A DNA stretch of 64,000 nt from Thermodesulfobacteriota bacterium (GTDB lineage: Bacteria > Desulfobacterota_D > UBA1144): contig JAYYZJ010000008.1 in NCBI GenBank assembly GCA_036340075.1, forward strand, positions 1 through 64,000. The letters run 5' to 3'. This document shows, piece by piece, positions 51,012 through 60,643 of the stretch. The notes beneath the pieces are model-generated. The model ran no database searches, was not told where the DNA came from, and worked only from the letters and a program-made list of their open reading frames with translations. The position numbers and the translations under genes are program-made. Numbering within the stretch: the stretch's first letter is position 1; each line of letters opens with the position of its first letter.

Positions 51012-52264
51012 TGTCCGACTCTATTGATATATTAAGATTTGCCACTGCAGGAAGCGTTGATGATGGTAAGTCAACCTTGATTGGTAGATTACTGTTTGAT
51101 ACAAAAGGAGTTTTTACAGACCAACTCGAAGCCCTAGAGGGAACATCTTATTCGGAAGAGCAAAAAGGTATTGATTTAGCTCTTATTACAGACGGGCTAA
51201 AGGCAGAACGAGAACAAGGTATAACAATCGATGTAGCTTACAGATATTTCTCTACTCCAAAAAGAAAATTTATTATTGCTGATACCCCTGGGCACGTACA
51301 ATATACAAGAAATATGTTTACTGGAGCAAGCAATTCTGATCTTGCAATAATATTGATTGATTCAAGGAATGGAGTTCAACAACAGTCTAAAAGACATTTG
51401 TATATTAGCTGGTTATTAGGGATTAAGAATATTATTGTAGCAATCAATAAGATGGATTTGATTGATTACGACAAAAAGAGATTTGATTATTTATCAAAAG
51501 ATTTTTTAAGCATAACTAAGAATTTAAGTATCCCACATATTGATTTTGTGCCTATTTCTGCACTAAAAGGGGACATGATTGTATCCAGAGGTGAAAATAT
51601 GAAATGGTACAAAGGCCCAACGCTAATTGAGATTTTAGAGACAGTTGAAATAAATTATTTAGATAAAAAAGATTCTTCGAGATTTCCGGTGCAATTAGTA
51701 AATAGAGTTAATGATGAAACTACTAAGGATTTCAGAGGATATATGGGAACATTAATGTCAGGAACTCTTGCTGTGGGAGATTCAATAAAGATTTTACCTT
51801 CAAACAGAGAAACAAAAATAAAAGAAATAATATTATCATCTATGAATGTCGATACAATTTCCTCAGATGATTCTGCAACTATTGTTCTGGATGAAGAGAT
51901 CGATATATCAAGAGGAGATATGTTTTCCTCTATAGAAGACCAGCCCGAAGTTTCAAATACAATTTCAGCTAGAATATGTTGGATGGATGAACAAAAACTT
52001 AATCTAAAAAATAAATATTTATTGAAGCATTGTAATAAAATTTCTAAAGCTTTAATTAAAGAAATATTATACAAAGTTGACATGGAAACACTTAATCACG
52101 TATCTGCAGATTCAGTGTTAGAAATGAATGATATAGCCCAGGTTGAAATAATGCTCCAAAATCAGATAGCATTTGATTCATACAAAAGAAATAAAAAAAC
52201 TGGATCATTCATCATAATAGATTCTGAATCAAATAATACAGTTGCAGCGGGAACAATTCTTTAA
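51011..52264 (+). CDS. cysN: Sulfate adenylyltransferase subunit 1 (GTPase), no APS kinase fusion
   Basis: AGSVDDGKSTLIGRLL, EREQGITIDVAYRYF, DTPGH, ends TVAAGTIL. Confidence 0.97.
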   Translation: MSDSIDILRFATAGSVDDGKSTLIGRLLFDTKGVFTDQLEALEGTSYSEEQKGIDLALITDGLKAEREQGITIDVAYRYFSTPKRKFIIADTPGHVQYTRNMFTGASNSDLAIILIDSRNGVQQQSKRHLYISWLLGIKNIIVAINKMDLIDYDKKRFDYLSKDFLSITKNLSIPHIDFVPISALKGDMIVSRGENMKWYKGPTLIEILETVEINYLDKKDSSRFPVQLVNRVNDETTKDFRGYMGTLMSGTLAVGDSIKILPSNRETKIKEIILSSMNVDTISSDDSATIVLDEEIDISRGDMFSSIEDQPEVSNTISARICWMDEQKLNLKNKYLLKHCNKISKALIKEILYKVDMETLNHVSADSVLEMNDIAQVEIMLQNQIAFDSYKRNKKTGSFIIIDSESNNTVAAGTIL

Positions 52265-52279
52265 TATTATATCAAACAG

Positions 52280-53185
52280 ATGACTGAATATAAGAATATA
52301 GGTTTTTATAAATTTACAAGAATTAAGTCTCCGAATTTGGTCAGAGAGAGATTCTATTTGGCTTGTAAAAGATTAAAAATATTAGGAACTCTAATACTAT
52401 CAGAAGAAGGACTAAATGGAATGCTTGCAGGAGTCACTGGCTCAATTGATAAGATATTACCAATGATTTATGAACTAGGAGTTGAGGTTGATGATATTAA
52501 GATTTCGTTCTCCGAGATTAAGCCATTTAATAGGTTACGCATTAAGATTAAAGAAGAAATTATAAGTTTGGGAAATGCAGAAAAGTCGAATCCTAATAAT
52601 GAAGTCGGAGTATATGTTGACCCAATAGATTGGAATGAAATAATAATGAAGAAAGATGCTGTTGTTATTGATACTAGAAATTACTATGAAACATCTATAG
52701 GTACTTTTGAAAAATCTTTAATACCCAACATTAATACTTTTAAAGAATTTCCAGAATTTATTGAAAAATCACAAATTAGCAAAGACAAAGACATAGCAAT
52801 GTTCTGTACTGGTGGTATTAGATGCGAGAAAGCAAGTTCTTATATGCTGCAGCTTGGATTTAAGAATGTTTATCATTTAAAGGGAGGAATAATTAAATAC
52901 TTAGAAGATATTCCAGCCGAAGAATCTAGATGGGAAGGGGAATGCTTTGTGTTTGACAATAGAGTTGCTATAGAGCATGAATTAAATATTGGTTCTTATG
53001 TGATATGTAATGCATGTGGAGAGCCGGTCAATAAATCAGAATTCACATCTACTAAATTTAGGAAAGGGATTTCTTGTCCATCCTGTTTTGATTCATTAAC
53101 AGAAAAACAAATTAAAAAAGCAACAGAGAGACAAAAGCAAGTTGAATTAGCAAAAGAAAGAGGAAAGATACACATTGGAGAATAA
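52280..53185 (+). CDS. trhO: tRNA uridine(34) hydroxylase (rhodanese, UPF0176)
   Basis: EGLNG, IDTRNYYE, MFCTGGIRCEKAS, WEGECFVFDNR. Confidence 0.92.
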   Translation: MTEYKNIGFYKFTRIKSPNLVRERFYLACKRLKILGTLILSEEGLNGMLAGVTGSIDKILPMIYELGVEVDDIKISFSEIKPFNRLRIKIKEEIISLGNAEKSNPNNEVGVYVDPIDWNEIIMKKDAVVIDTRNYYETSIGTFEKSLIPNINTFKEFPEFIEKSQISKDKDIAMFCTGGIRCEKASSYMLQLGFKNVYHLKGGIIKYLEDIPAEESRWEGECFVFDNRVAIEHELNIGSYVICNACGEPVNKSEFTSTKFRKGISCPSCFDSLTEKQIKKATERQKQVELAKERGKIHIGE

Positions 53186-53663
53186 ATTTATTTTAACACT
53201 GATAGCTTTTCTACTTATTTCCTATAACTCTAGTAGCGAAGTATTTCAAGCTTCTGGAATATTTATTAGCCCAAAAAATATTCAAATAGGAAACGTAGAA
53301 ATGATTGAGCAAGGCGCAGGTTCTAATTTTAGAATTCACCTTGAGGGTCTCGTTCCAGGTTCTTATGCCTTTTATATACATGAAAAAGGATTATGTGATA
53401 CTCCTAATTTTGCTAGTACGGGTAATCCTATAAGATTAGGCACAAAAGATTTTGTAACAATATATGTGAAGAATAACGTTAGCAAATATACAGGAAAATT
53501 AAAGCCATTTAATCAGATTATCTTTCTCCGAGGTATATATTTGAATCCAAATTCCGAGTATACAATCCTTGATAAAAATGAATCATCTATTGTAATACAA
53601 GAAAAAACAACTACTGGAAAAAGGGTCGCCTGTGCCGTAATTAAAAAAGGACGATTAAATTAA
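53175..53663 (+). CDS. Secreted Cu/Zn-superoxide-dismutase-fold protein lacking most metal ligands
   Basis: Signal peptide, GLVPGSYAFYIHEKGLC..PNFASTG, SIVIQE, GKRVACAVI. Confidence 0.7.
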   Translation: MENKFILTLIAFLLISYNSSSEVFQASGIFISPKNIQIGNVEMIEQGAGSNFRIHLEGLVPGSYAFYIHEKGLCDTPNFASTGNPIRLGTKDFVTIYVKNNVSKYTGKLKPFNQIIFLRGIYLNPNSEYTILDKNESSIVIQEKTTTGKRVACAVIKKGRLN

Positions 53664-53891
53664 TTTGCCAGCATCATTTAAAGCATTAAGATCGTCATAA
53701 CCTCCTACCAATTCATCATTAATTAGAATTAAAGGAACAGTTCTCCAATTATATTTCGTAGAAATTTCTAATCGAAGATCAATATTGTCTGTAAGATCAA
53801 TTTCCGAATATTCTAAATTTTTGCTATCTAATAAGTTTTTAGCAGCAACACAGAATGGACAATTTTTTGTAGTATATAATTCAATTTTCAT
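53655..53891 (-). CDS. grxC: Glutaredoxin 3
   Basis: CPFC, RTVP, GGYDDL. Confidence 0.93.
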   Translation of the reverse strand: MKIELYTTKNCPFCVAAKNLLDSKNLEYSEIDLTDNIDLRLEISTKYNWRTVPLILINDELVGGYDDLNALNDAGKLI

Positions 53892-53892
53892 T

Positions 53893-54324
53893 CTATTTGT
53901 TCTTTCTATATAAAATAGCTAAAGTAAAATAAAAAATCGACACCCCAATCAAATCTTGGAAAAGAAACACGCTCATTTCTTGTAATCTGTCTATACCAAA
54001 AGTTAGAAATAATATAAAACAATATAGGACAAATATAGATATGCTCAGAATTATTGCTTTTAACAATCTGCCAAATTTAATCTTATCGTAAAAAATAATA
54101 TAGATAATTCCTAGGACGAGGCCAAAAACATAATAAAGAAAGATTGAATAGAATGTATTGTCAGGTAAGAAGAAATTAATTCTAGAAAAATAATATAATA
54201 TATCTACTGAATCAAACGGATAAAAAGAATATAGATAGAAAAAGTAAGACAAAAGACATCCTACAGCAACTACTATAAGGAAATCTAAAAAATTCAACAA
54301 AGATGATAAAAGTTTTGCTAACAC
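53893..54324 (-). CDS. Hypothetical four-TM membrane protein
   Basis: 143-aa hydrophobic ORF with GTG start, ends 1 nt before grxC. Confidence 0.6.
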   Translation of the reverse strand: MLAKLLSSLLNFLDFLIVVAVGCLLSYFFYLYSFYPFDSVDILYYFSRINFFLPDNTFYSIFLYYVFGLVLGIIYIIFYDKIKFGRLLKAIILSISIFVLYCFILFLTFGIDRLQEMSVFLFQDLIGVSIFYFTLAILYRKNK

Positions 54325-54342
54325 TTAGTGTTAGATTAATTG

Positions 54343-54414
54343 AAAAAAAAAGAAAAAAAAGGGCAGATTTTAAATAAAGACAGCACCCCGCAGCCTTAAC
54401 AAAAACTAACCCTT
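54343..54414 (-). terminator. Long imperfect hairpin plus U tract (intrinsic terminator or sRNA 3' end)
   Basis: Minus strand AAGGGUUAGUUUU...AAGGCUGC-GGGGU-GCUGUCUU...AAAAUCUGCCC followed by U8-C-U9. Confidence 0.6.
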
Positions 54415-54466
54415 AATTTCCTAATAACGTCTAAATTATGCAACCAAAATTGCAAAATAAAATTCT

Positions 54467-54670
54467 TTAATCGGCAAGTCCATTTTTTCTTCTTGTAGGA
54501 CTTTCCTCTGGACGACCAAAATCTAAGCCAACTTTCGCTGCCCAATTTTGTGTTCCAGCTACGTGACCAGCATAACCTCTACCATTTTGTGGATTATGTG
54601 CAGTTTGGCCTGCATCTATGCTTACACGTCTTGCCCAATTTCTCATTGGAGAATTTTGTTGATCTGGCAT
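54467..54670 (-). CDS. 67-aa hydrophilic protein with an internal NWAxxVxxDxG repeat
   Basis: GAGGTG RBS just upstream of the ATG; same strand as the ferredoxin gene. Confidence 0.75.
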   Translation of the reverse strand: MPDQQNSPMRNWARRVSIDAGQTAHNPQNGRGYAGHVAGTQNWAAKVGLDFGRPEESPTRRKNGLAD

Positions 54671-54729
54671 ATTGCACCTCCGAATAGTTTAATTGTATCA
54701 AATGGGAATTTTAAAAACAAGAGGAGTAT

Positions 54730-55014
54730 TTATTCTTCAGATTCCTCAATAATTAAGCTACTTTTAGGCGTAGCAACACATAGCAGGACCATGTTGTTAT
54801 CTATATCTTCCTCAGTAAGAGTGTTTGCTTCAGGTGGCTCTAAATATTCTATTTCTCCTTCTACTAGTTTTGCTATACAGGTAGTGCACATTCCCTGCAT
54901 ACAACTAAAAGGTAAATCCATCCCTTGGGAGTTTGATGACGATATAATAGAGTCTCCCTCATTGACTTTGACCACTTTATTTGATCTTGTAAATTTTATT
55001 TCATGAATAGACAT
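54730..55014 (-). CDS. Plant-type [2Fe-2S] ferredoxin
   Basis: LPFSCMQGMCTTC...LLCVA. Confidence 0.93.
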   Translation of the reverse strand: MSIHEIKFTRSNKVVKVNEGDSIISSSNSQGMDLPFSCMQGMCTTCIAKLVEGEIEYLEPPEANTLTEEDIDNNMVLLCVATPKSSLIIEESEE

Positions 55015-55058
55015 TTAATTATTACCTAATTATCCTTCTAAGATATATAATAAATGAA

Positions 55059-56309
55059 ATGACAAATTATATAAATGGGAAACTTTTTGTTGAAGATGTT
55101 AGCTTTCAAGCTTTAGCTGAAAACTACGGAACCCCTTGCTACATCTACAGTTATGAATATCTAATCAACGAATTTAATGATTACAAGCAAGCATTTGAGG
55201 CCTATCCCGAAACCATGATATGTTTCTCTGTGAAGGCAAATTCGAACTTATCCGTAATGTCTGTTTTTAACAATTTAGGAGCAGGATTTGACATCGTATC
55301 AGAAGGAGAGCTAGAAAGAGCAATTAAAGTTGGAGCTAATCCTAAAAAGATAGTTTTTTCCGGTGTTGCAAAATCATCTAAAGAAATCATAAAGGGAATT
55401 GAAAATGAAATATTATTTTTCAATGTTGAATCCTTTGATGAGCTAGAAGAAATTAATCGAGTTGGTTCTGAATTAGGAAAAAAAGCAGGAATTTCAATTA
55501 GGGTTAATCCGGATATTGACCCCAAAACTCATCCATACATTTCAACAGGTCTTAGTACTAGCAAGTTCGGAATACCAATAAAAGATTCACTCAAAGTTTA
55601 TGCTGAAGCAAAAAACATGAAGAATGTTGAGATTTTAGGTATAGATGCTCATATTGGATCACAAATATTTGACTTGGATTCTTTTGATGATTCATTAGAA
55701 AGATTGATAAATCTATATTCTGAACTGAAAAACAATAATATAAATATTCAATATATTGATATCGGAGGAGGACTTGGAATTAAATACAAAGACGAAGAAG
55801 TCCCTCCATCAAAAGCAGAATTTGCAAAAAGAATAATATCTCAGATTAAAAAGACTGATTGCAAGTTAATACTTGAACCAGGTAGGTCCTTGGTTGGCAA
55901 TTCCGGATATCTTCTAACTAGAGTTTTATACAAGAAAGCTAATGACAAAAAAAAGTTTTTAATTGTGGATGCAGGCATGAATGATTTGCTTAGACCGGTG
56001 CTCTACGGATCCTTTCATAAAATTACATCAATTACCGATTCAAAGGAAAATATAGAATTTTTCGATATTGTTGGACCTATATGTGAGACTGGAGATATCT
56101 TAGGAACCAACATACCTATTGCCAATCCAAAATTGGGGGATATATTAGTAATAAATTCAGCTGGCGCATATGGAGCCGTTATGTCATCAAATTACAATTC
56201 AAGACCAAAAATTCCCGAAATACTTGTTTATAAAGACCAACATTCTTTGATTAGAAAAAGAGAATCAATTGACCAAATTCTTGAGAACGAGGTTTTGATA
56301 AATTTATGA
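55059..56309 (+). CDS. lysA: Diaminopimelate decarboxylase
   Basis: SVKANSN, HPYISTG..SKFG, HIGSQ, EPGR, GPICETGD, SSNYNSRP. Confidence 0.97.
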   Translation: MTNYINGKLFVEDVSFQALAENYGTPCYIYSYEYLINEFNDYKQAFEAYPETMICFSVKANSNLSVMSVFNNLGAGFDIVSEGELERAIKVGANPKKIVFSGVAKSSKEIIKGIENEILFFNVESFDELEEINRVGSELGKKAGISIRVNPDIDPKTHPYISTGLSTSKFGIPIKDSLKVYAEAKNMKNVEILGIDAHIGSQIFDLDSFDDSLERLINLYSELKNNNINIQYIDIGGGLGIKYKDEEVPPSKAEFAKRIISQIKKTDCKLILEPGRSLVGNSGYLLTRVLYKKANDKKKFLIVDAGMNDLLRPVLYGSFHKITSITDSKENIEFFDIVGPICETGDILGTNIPIANPKLGDILVINSAGAYGAVMSSNYNSRPKIPEILVYKDQHSLIRKRESIDQILENEVLINL

Positions 56310-56920
56310 ACGACTCTTTAATACTCTCTATTTTTGATAAGGGTGGATTTTTTGTATACCCAATACTTGTTTGCTCTATTATTGCTCTCTCGATTTTCTT
56401 GAAAAAGTTTTTTTATACAAGAGACGAATATATTGTTACTAATCCGTTTGTTAGTAAACTTGAAAATTACATAAAACAAAACGATTTTGACAAGGCAATT
56501 ACTTTATGCAAAGAAGATAAAACAATTTTCTCTAATATTGCTATTGTTGGCTTAATCAATAAAGACAAGGCTCAATCAGAGCTTGAGAAAATAATAGAAG
56601 ACGAAGGTTCAATACAGATATTCAATCTAGCAAAGTCAAATGAAATGCTAGGTTCTCTTAGCAATATAAGTACATTGCTGGGTTTGCTAGGAACAATATC
56701 CGGTATGATTACAGTATTCCAAGTTATTTCAACACAAACTGTGGTAGACCCACCAAGTTTAGCAGGCGGAATCTCAGAGGCCCTTTATACAACTGCATTT
56801 GGTCTTTTAGTGGCAATACCATCTTTCATTGGATACAAGTTTCTTTTAAATAGGATTAATGAAGCTGCTATAAAACTTCAGACACAATCTAAAAGACTAT
56901 TGTCAATTTTAAAGAGTTAA
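56306..56920 (+). CDS. exbB: MotA/TolQ/ExbB proton channel protein
   Basis: LLGLLGTISGMI, LAGGISEALYTTAFGL. Confidence 0.88.
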   Translation: MNDSLILSIFDKGGFFVYPILVCSIIALSIFLKKFFYTRDEYIVTNPFVSKLENYIKQNDFDKAITLCKEDKTIFSNIAIVGLINKDKAQSELEKIIEDEGSIQIFNLAKSNEMLGSLSNISTLLGLLGTISGMITVFQVISTQTVVDPPSLAGGISEALYTTAFGLLVAIPSFIGYKFLLNRINEAAIKLQTQSKRLLSILKS

Positions 56921-56923
56921 AAG

Positions 56924-57325
56924 ATGAATTTTACAAAACTTTTAGAAGATAATGATTTAAGCCTAGATCTTACTCCAATTGTAGATGTAGTTTTTAATCT
57001 ATTAATATTTTTTGCCCTATCATTAAATTTTAGTCAAATTACATCAAGTATAAATATTAAATTACCTAAAGCTGCTTCTTCTGAAGTAGTAACAGATAAA
57101 CAAATTGTTGTCAGTATTGAAAAAGGTAACAAAATCTACATTAATGATAAAAAGCTATTTTTAGATCAAGTTCCTACATATCTTAGCGATGAAGATAAGA
57201 GTAAAGTTATTGTTTTAAAGGCAGACAAAACCATTGATCATGGATTTGTAGTTCAAGTAATGGACATAATAAAAAGGTCAGGTTTTAGCAGGATTGGTAT
57301 AGCTGTTAAGAAGTTGGCTAAATGA
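56924..57325 (+). CDS. exbD: ExbD/TolR protein
   Basis: LTPIVDVVFNLLIFF, LPKA, KADK..HGFVVQVMD. Confidence 0.9.
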   Translation: MNFTKLLEDNDLSLDLTPIVDVVFNLLIFFALSLNFSQITSSINIKLPKAASSEVVTDKQIVVSIEKGNKIYINDKKLFLDQVPTYLSDEDKSKVIVLKADKTIDHGFVVQVMDIIKRSGFSRIGIAVKKLAK

Positions 57326-58218
57326 AGCATGATTCCAATTTAATCTTAGGCTATCTGTTTGTTGTTGGAACAGCCTTTTTTACAGCTTTTTCTTATATCT
57401 TTGGAAAGATGGTTTCTGATGATTTATATCCAGAGACTGTTACTTTCTACTGGTTTTTAGGAGCATTTTTGGTTGCCATTATTAATGGAATTATTCTTTC
57501 TATTTTTAGCAATAATTTTAAATTTGTACTTTCAAATCTAAAAGATTACAAAAAAGTTACTATCATATCTTCGTTGATAACAATTGTTTCAGTCGCTTTT
57601 TGGGTCATAGCCTTAAGGACAGTTGGCCCACCTGTTACTTCTTTTTTAATGAAGTTTCAAGTTGTATTTTCAGTATTGTTGGGATTTTTATTCTTAAACG
57701 AGAAGCTTAATAGATTAGAAATTCTAGGAATTACTATTACGTTTGTAGGTGCATTTGTTATAACGTATGATTCATCAAATTTTGAATTAAAAGGATCACT
57801 CTACGCAATACTCGCAGCTTTTGGATATTCCAGCTTGTTTATGATTGTAAAAAAAATGGGGAGGCAATTAAATATGATGATGGTGGCAGTATTGAGGTCT
57901 TTAGGCGTATCCATCTTGGTTGGATTATATCTAATTTGTTTTAATAAATTTCAACTTCCGACCCCAACCGATTTTATATATATGCTAATAGGGGGAACTT
58001 GTGGGGCTTATATAGGCAAGGCTTTTCAATTCCAAGCTATTAAGTTAGTTGATATATCACGAACTACAGCAATAACACCGTTAGAGGCCGTTTTTGTTCT
58101 CATCCTTACTTATATTTTTTTTGATAGTGTGCCAAGTACAATAAAACTAATCGGTGGGTCATTAATATTATTAGGAGTTCTTTCGCTAATAATATTTAGT
58201 AGAAAAAAGAATAATTAA
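57322..58218 (+). CDS. DMT/EamA family transporter
   Basis: Two EamA-like halves, about 10 TM helices, FLNEK. Confidence 0.85.
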   Translation: MKHDSNLILGYLFVVGTAFFTAFSYIFGKMVSDDLYPETVTFYWFLGAFLVAIINGIILSIFSNNFKFVLSNLKDYKKVTIISSLITIVSVAFWVIALRTVGPPVTSFLMKFQVVFSVLLGFLFLNEKLNRLEILGITITFVGAFVITYDSSNFELKGSLYAILAAFGYSSLFMIVKKMGRQLNMMMVAVLRSLGVSILVGLYLICFNKFQLPTPTDFIYMLIGGTCGAYIGKAFQFQAIKLVDISRTTAITPLEAVFVLILTYIFFDSVPSTIKLIGGSLILLGVLSLIIFSRKKNN

Positions 58219-59324
58219 ATAAATTTGGTACTAAGTTTTTTTTCTTCTTTAAATTTTTCTATTGCAAGAAGAATTAATTCATTAAGTAGCTTCTCGTAAG
58301 AGATACCAACATTTTTCATAAGTTTTGGATACATACTTATAGATGTAAAACCAGGTATAGTGTTAATTTCACTCGCATAAAGTTTTTTTGATTTTGTGTT
58401 TTTTGTTTCTCCATACAAGAAATCAATTCTGGCCATACCGCTGCAACCAATAGACTTGTATGCTAACATTGCATTCTTTTTGATTTCTTTTTCAATGGAA
58501 GGATTTTTTCTTATTTTTTCCCATGGTATTTCTATGGTTGATTTGCCGTCAATATATTTAGCATTGTAATCATAAAATTCAGAAGAAGGAACAACTAATC
58601 CAGGTCTAGAAACTTTTAGTTTGTTATTGCCCAAGATACTAACTTCGATTTCATTAGGATTCATTACTGCTTCTTCTACTATAATTTTTTCTGCAAACTT
58701 AAAAGCTTTATTTATATTTTTTGATAAATCTTTTTTCGTTTTAGTTTTATAAACACCTACACTTGAACCAAGATTTGCCGCTTTGACGAAACAAGGAATT
58801 TTAATTTTTGAATACACTAAGTTATTTAATTTTGACTTGCTTGTTTTCCAGTCATATTTATTGATTTCTATAAAATTTGTAGTTCTGATTCCAAGATTCT
58901 GAAATATTCTTTTTGTTATAATTTTATCAATACAAACAGCAGAGCTAGTCACATTGCTTCCAACGTATGGTTTATCTAGAAGTTTTATTAAACCTTGTAT
59001 GGAGCCGTCCTCTCCTCCAGTACCATGTACCATTGGTATAAATACATCAACATTTATTTTTCTTTTTTTATTAGCCAACTCTTTAACTAATATTGGATTT
59101 TTCTTACCTATAGAAAAAATAACATCCTTCCTAGTAGGACTAAATTTTAACCCCTTTTTTGAGCTAACGATTTTAGCTTCTTTAAACTCACCTTTTTTTG
59201 ATATAAAAATTCCACTGATTTTGTAGTTCTTTCGATTTAAGTTATTTAGAATTGAGTTAGCTGAGATTATGGAAATCTCATGTTCAACTGAATTACCGCC
59301 GTAAATAATACATATTTTAAGCAT
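58215..59324 (-). CDS. ddl: D-alanine--D-alanine ligase
   Basis: GGNSVEHEIS, HGTGGEDG, GSSVG, FYDYNAKY, EINTIPGFT. Confidence 0.96.
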   Translation of the reverse strand: MLKICIIYGGNSVEHEISIISANSILNNLNRKNYKISGIFISKKGEFKEAKIVSSKKGLKFSPTRKDVIFSIGKKNPILVKELANKKRKINVDVFIPMVHGTGGEDGSIQGLIKLLDKPYVGSNVTSSAVCIDKIITKRIFQNLGIRTTNFIEINKYDWKTSKSKLNNLVYSKIKIPCFVKAANLGSSVGVYKTKTKKDLSKNINKAFKFAEKIIVEEAVMNPNEIEVSILGNNKLKVSRPGLVVPSSEFYDYNAKYIDGKSTIEIPWEKIRKNPSIEKEIKKNAMLAYKSIGCSGMARIDFLYGETKNTKSKKLYASEINTIPGFTSISMYPKLMKNVGISYEKLLNELILLAIEKFKEEKKLSTKFI

Positions 59325-59450
59325 ATCTATAACAATAACACTTTTAGATTAATTAATTGTTTATTATTTCTTAAAATTTGGTAAAATAAAATATTCATTT
59401 TTGTTAATATCTTTTTATATTTTTAAGGTATGCATAAAGGGGGAAATTAA

Positions 59451-60632
59451 ATGTCTACAAAAGTAGTTATAAGCGAGCCATTACGAACAGCGATTGGCAC
59501 CTTTGGAGGTACATTGCAGGATGTTCCTGCAGTTGACTTAGGTGTTACTGTTGTTAAGGAAATACTTAATAAAACCGGAGTCGAACCAACTCAAATTGAT
59601 GAATTTATCATGGGAAATATCTTGGGAGCAGGACAAGGACAAAATCCAGCTAGACAGGTTGCACTTGGAGCAGGTCTAGATTACGATACTCCTTCTTATA
59701 CTCTTAATAGAGTTTGTGCATCAGGTGTTCAATCAGTTGCTAATGCTGCACAAGCAATTAAAGCAGGAGATGCGGAAGTAGCTATTGCAGGTGGAATAGA
59801 AAATATGAACCTAGCACCTTTCTTACTACCAAAAGCTAGATATGGCTACAGAATGTCATTAGAAGCTAAAGATAATGTTCTAGATGGAATGGTTTATGAT
59901 GGACTTTGGGACATTTTTAATAACTACCATATGGGAATTACGGCAGAAAATCTTGCTGAACAGTACAACATAAGCAGAGAAGAACAAGATCAATTTGCTA
60001 TCAATAGTCAGGGAAAAGCAAAGAAAGCAATAAGAGCAGGAGTTTTTAAGAAAGAGATTGTTCCTGTACAACTTAAAAAAGGTGTTTTTGATATTGATGA
60101 GCATCCAAGAGAAGTTTCTATGGCTGCACTAAGTAGACTTAAGCCAGTATTTACCGCAGAAGGTTCAGTAACAGCAGGTAATGCATCAGGTATTAATGAT
60201 GGAGCTGCAGCAATGCTTGTAACTTCAGAAGAGAAAGCTAAAGAGTTAGGACTCAATCCAGTTGGAGAAATAGTTTCTTGTGCTGTAGCAGGTGTTGATC
60301 CTTCTATTATGGGAATTGCCCCAGTGTCAGCAATGAACAAGGCACTTTCAAAAGCAGGCTTAACAATTGATGATATAGATTTAGTTGAGCTTAATGAAGC
60401 ATTTGCGGCTCAAGCTTTAGCTGTTCTTAGTGATTTTCCAATTCCGGAAGAAAAACTTAATGTGAACGGAGGAGCGGTAGCACTTGGTCACCCAATTGGT
60501 GCATCAGGAACTATTTTGATTGTAAAACTACTTCATGAGATGCAACGTAGAGGGGTAAAAAGAGGCCTAGTTTCTTTATGTGTTGGTGGTGGACAAGGTA
60601 TTGCGATGGTTATTGAAAACCCAAACGCATAA
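59451..60632 (+). CDS. Acetyl-CoA C-acetyltransferase (biosynthetic thiolase)
   Basis: GQNPARQ, NRVCASG, NASGINDGAA, NEAFA, GHPIGASG, CVGGGQG. Confidence 0.95.
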   Translation: MSTKVVISEPLRTAIGTFGGTLQDVPAVDLGVTVVKEILNKTGVEPTQIDEFIMGNILGAGQGQNPARQVALGAGLDYDTPSYTLNRVCASGVQSVANAAQAIKAGDAEVAIAGGIENMNLAPFLLPKARYGYRMSLEAKDNVLDGMVYDGLWDIFNNYHMGITAENLAEQYNISREEQDQFAINSQGKAKKAIRAGVFKKEIVPVQLKKGVFDIDEHPREVSMAALSRLKPVFTAEGSVTAGNASGINDGAAAMLVTSEEKAKELGLNPVGEIVSCAVAGVDPSIMGIAPVSAMNKALSKAGLTIDDIDLVELNEAFAAQALAVLSDFPIPEEKLNVNGGAVALGHPIGASGTILIVKLLHEMQRRGVKRGLVSLCVGGGQGIAMVIENPNA

Positions 60633-60643
60633 ATTAAAAATAA

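Noticed and set aside
54439..54454. Sigma54 promoter (TGCAAC-N5-TTGC)
   Set aside because: It lacks the invariant GG at -24.
54548..55006. 152-aa + strand ORF
   Set aside because: Antisense to the ferredoxin and the 67-aa gene, which have better motif or RBS support.
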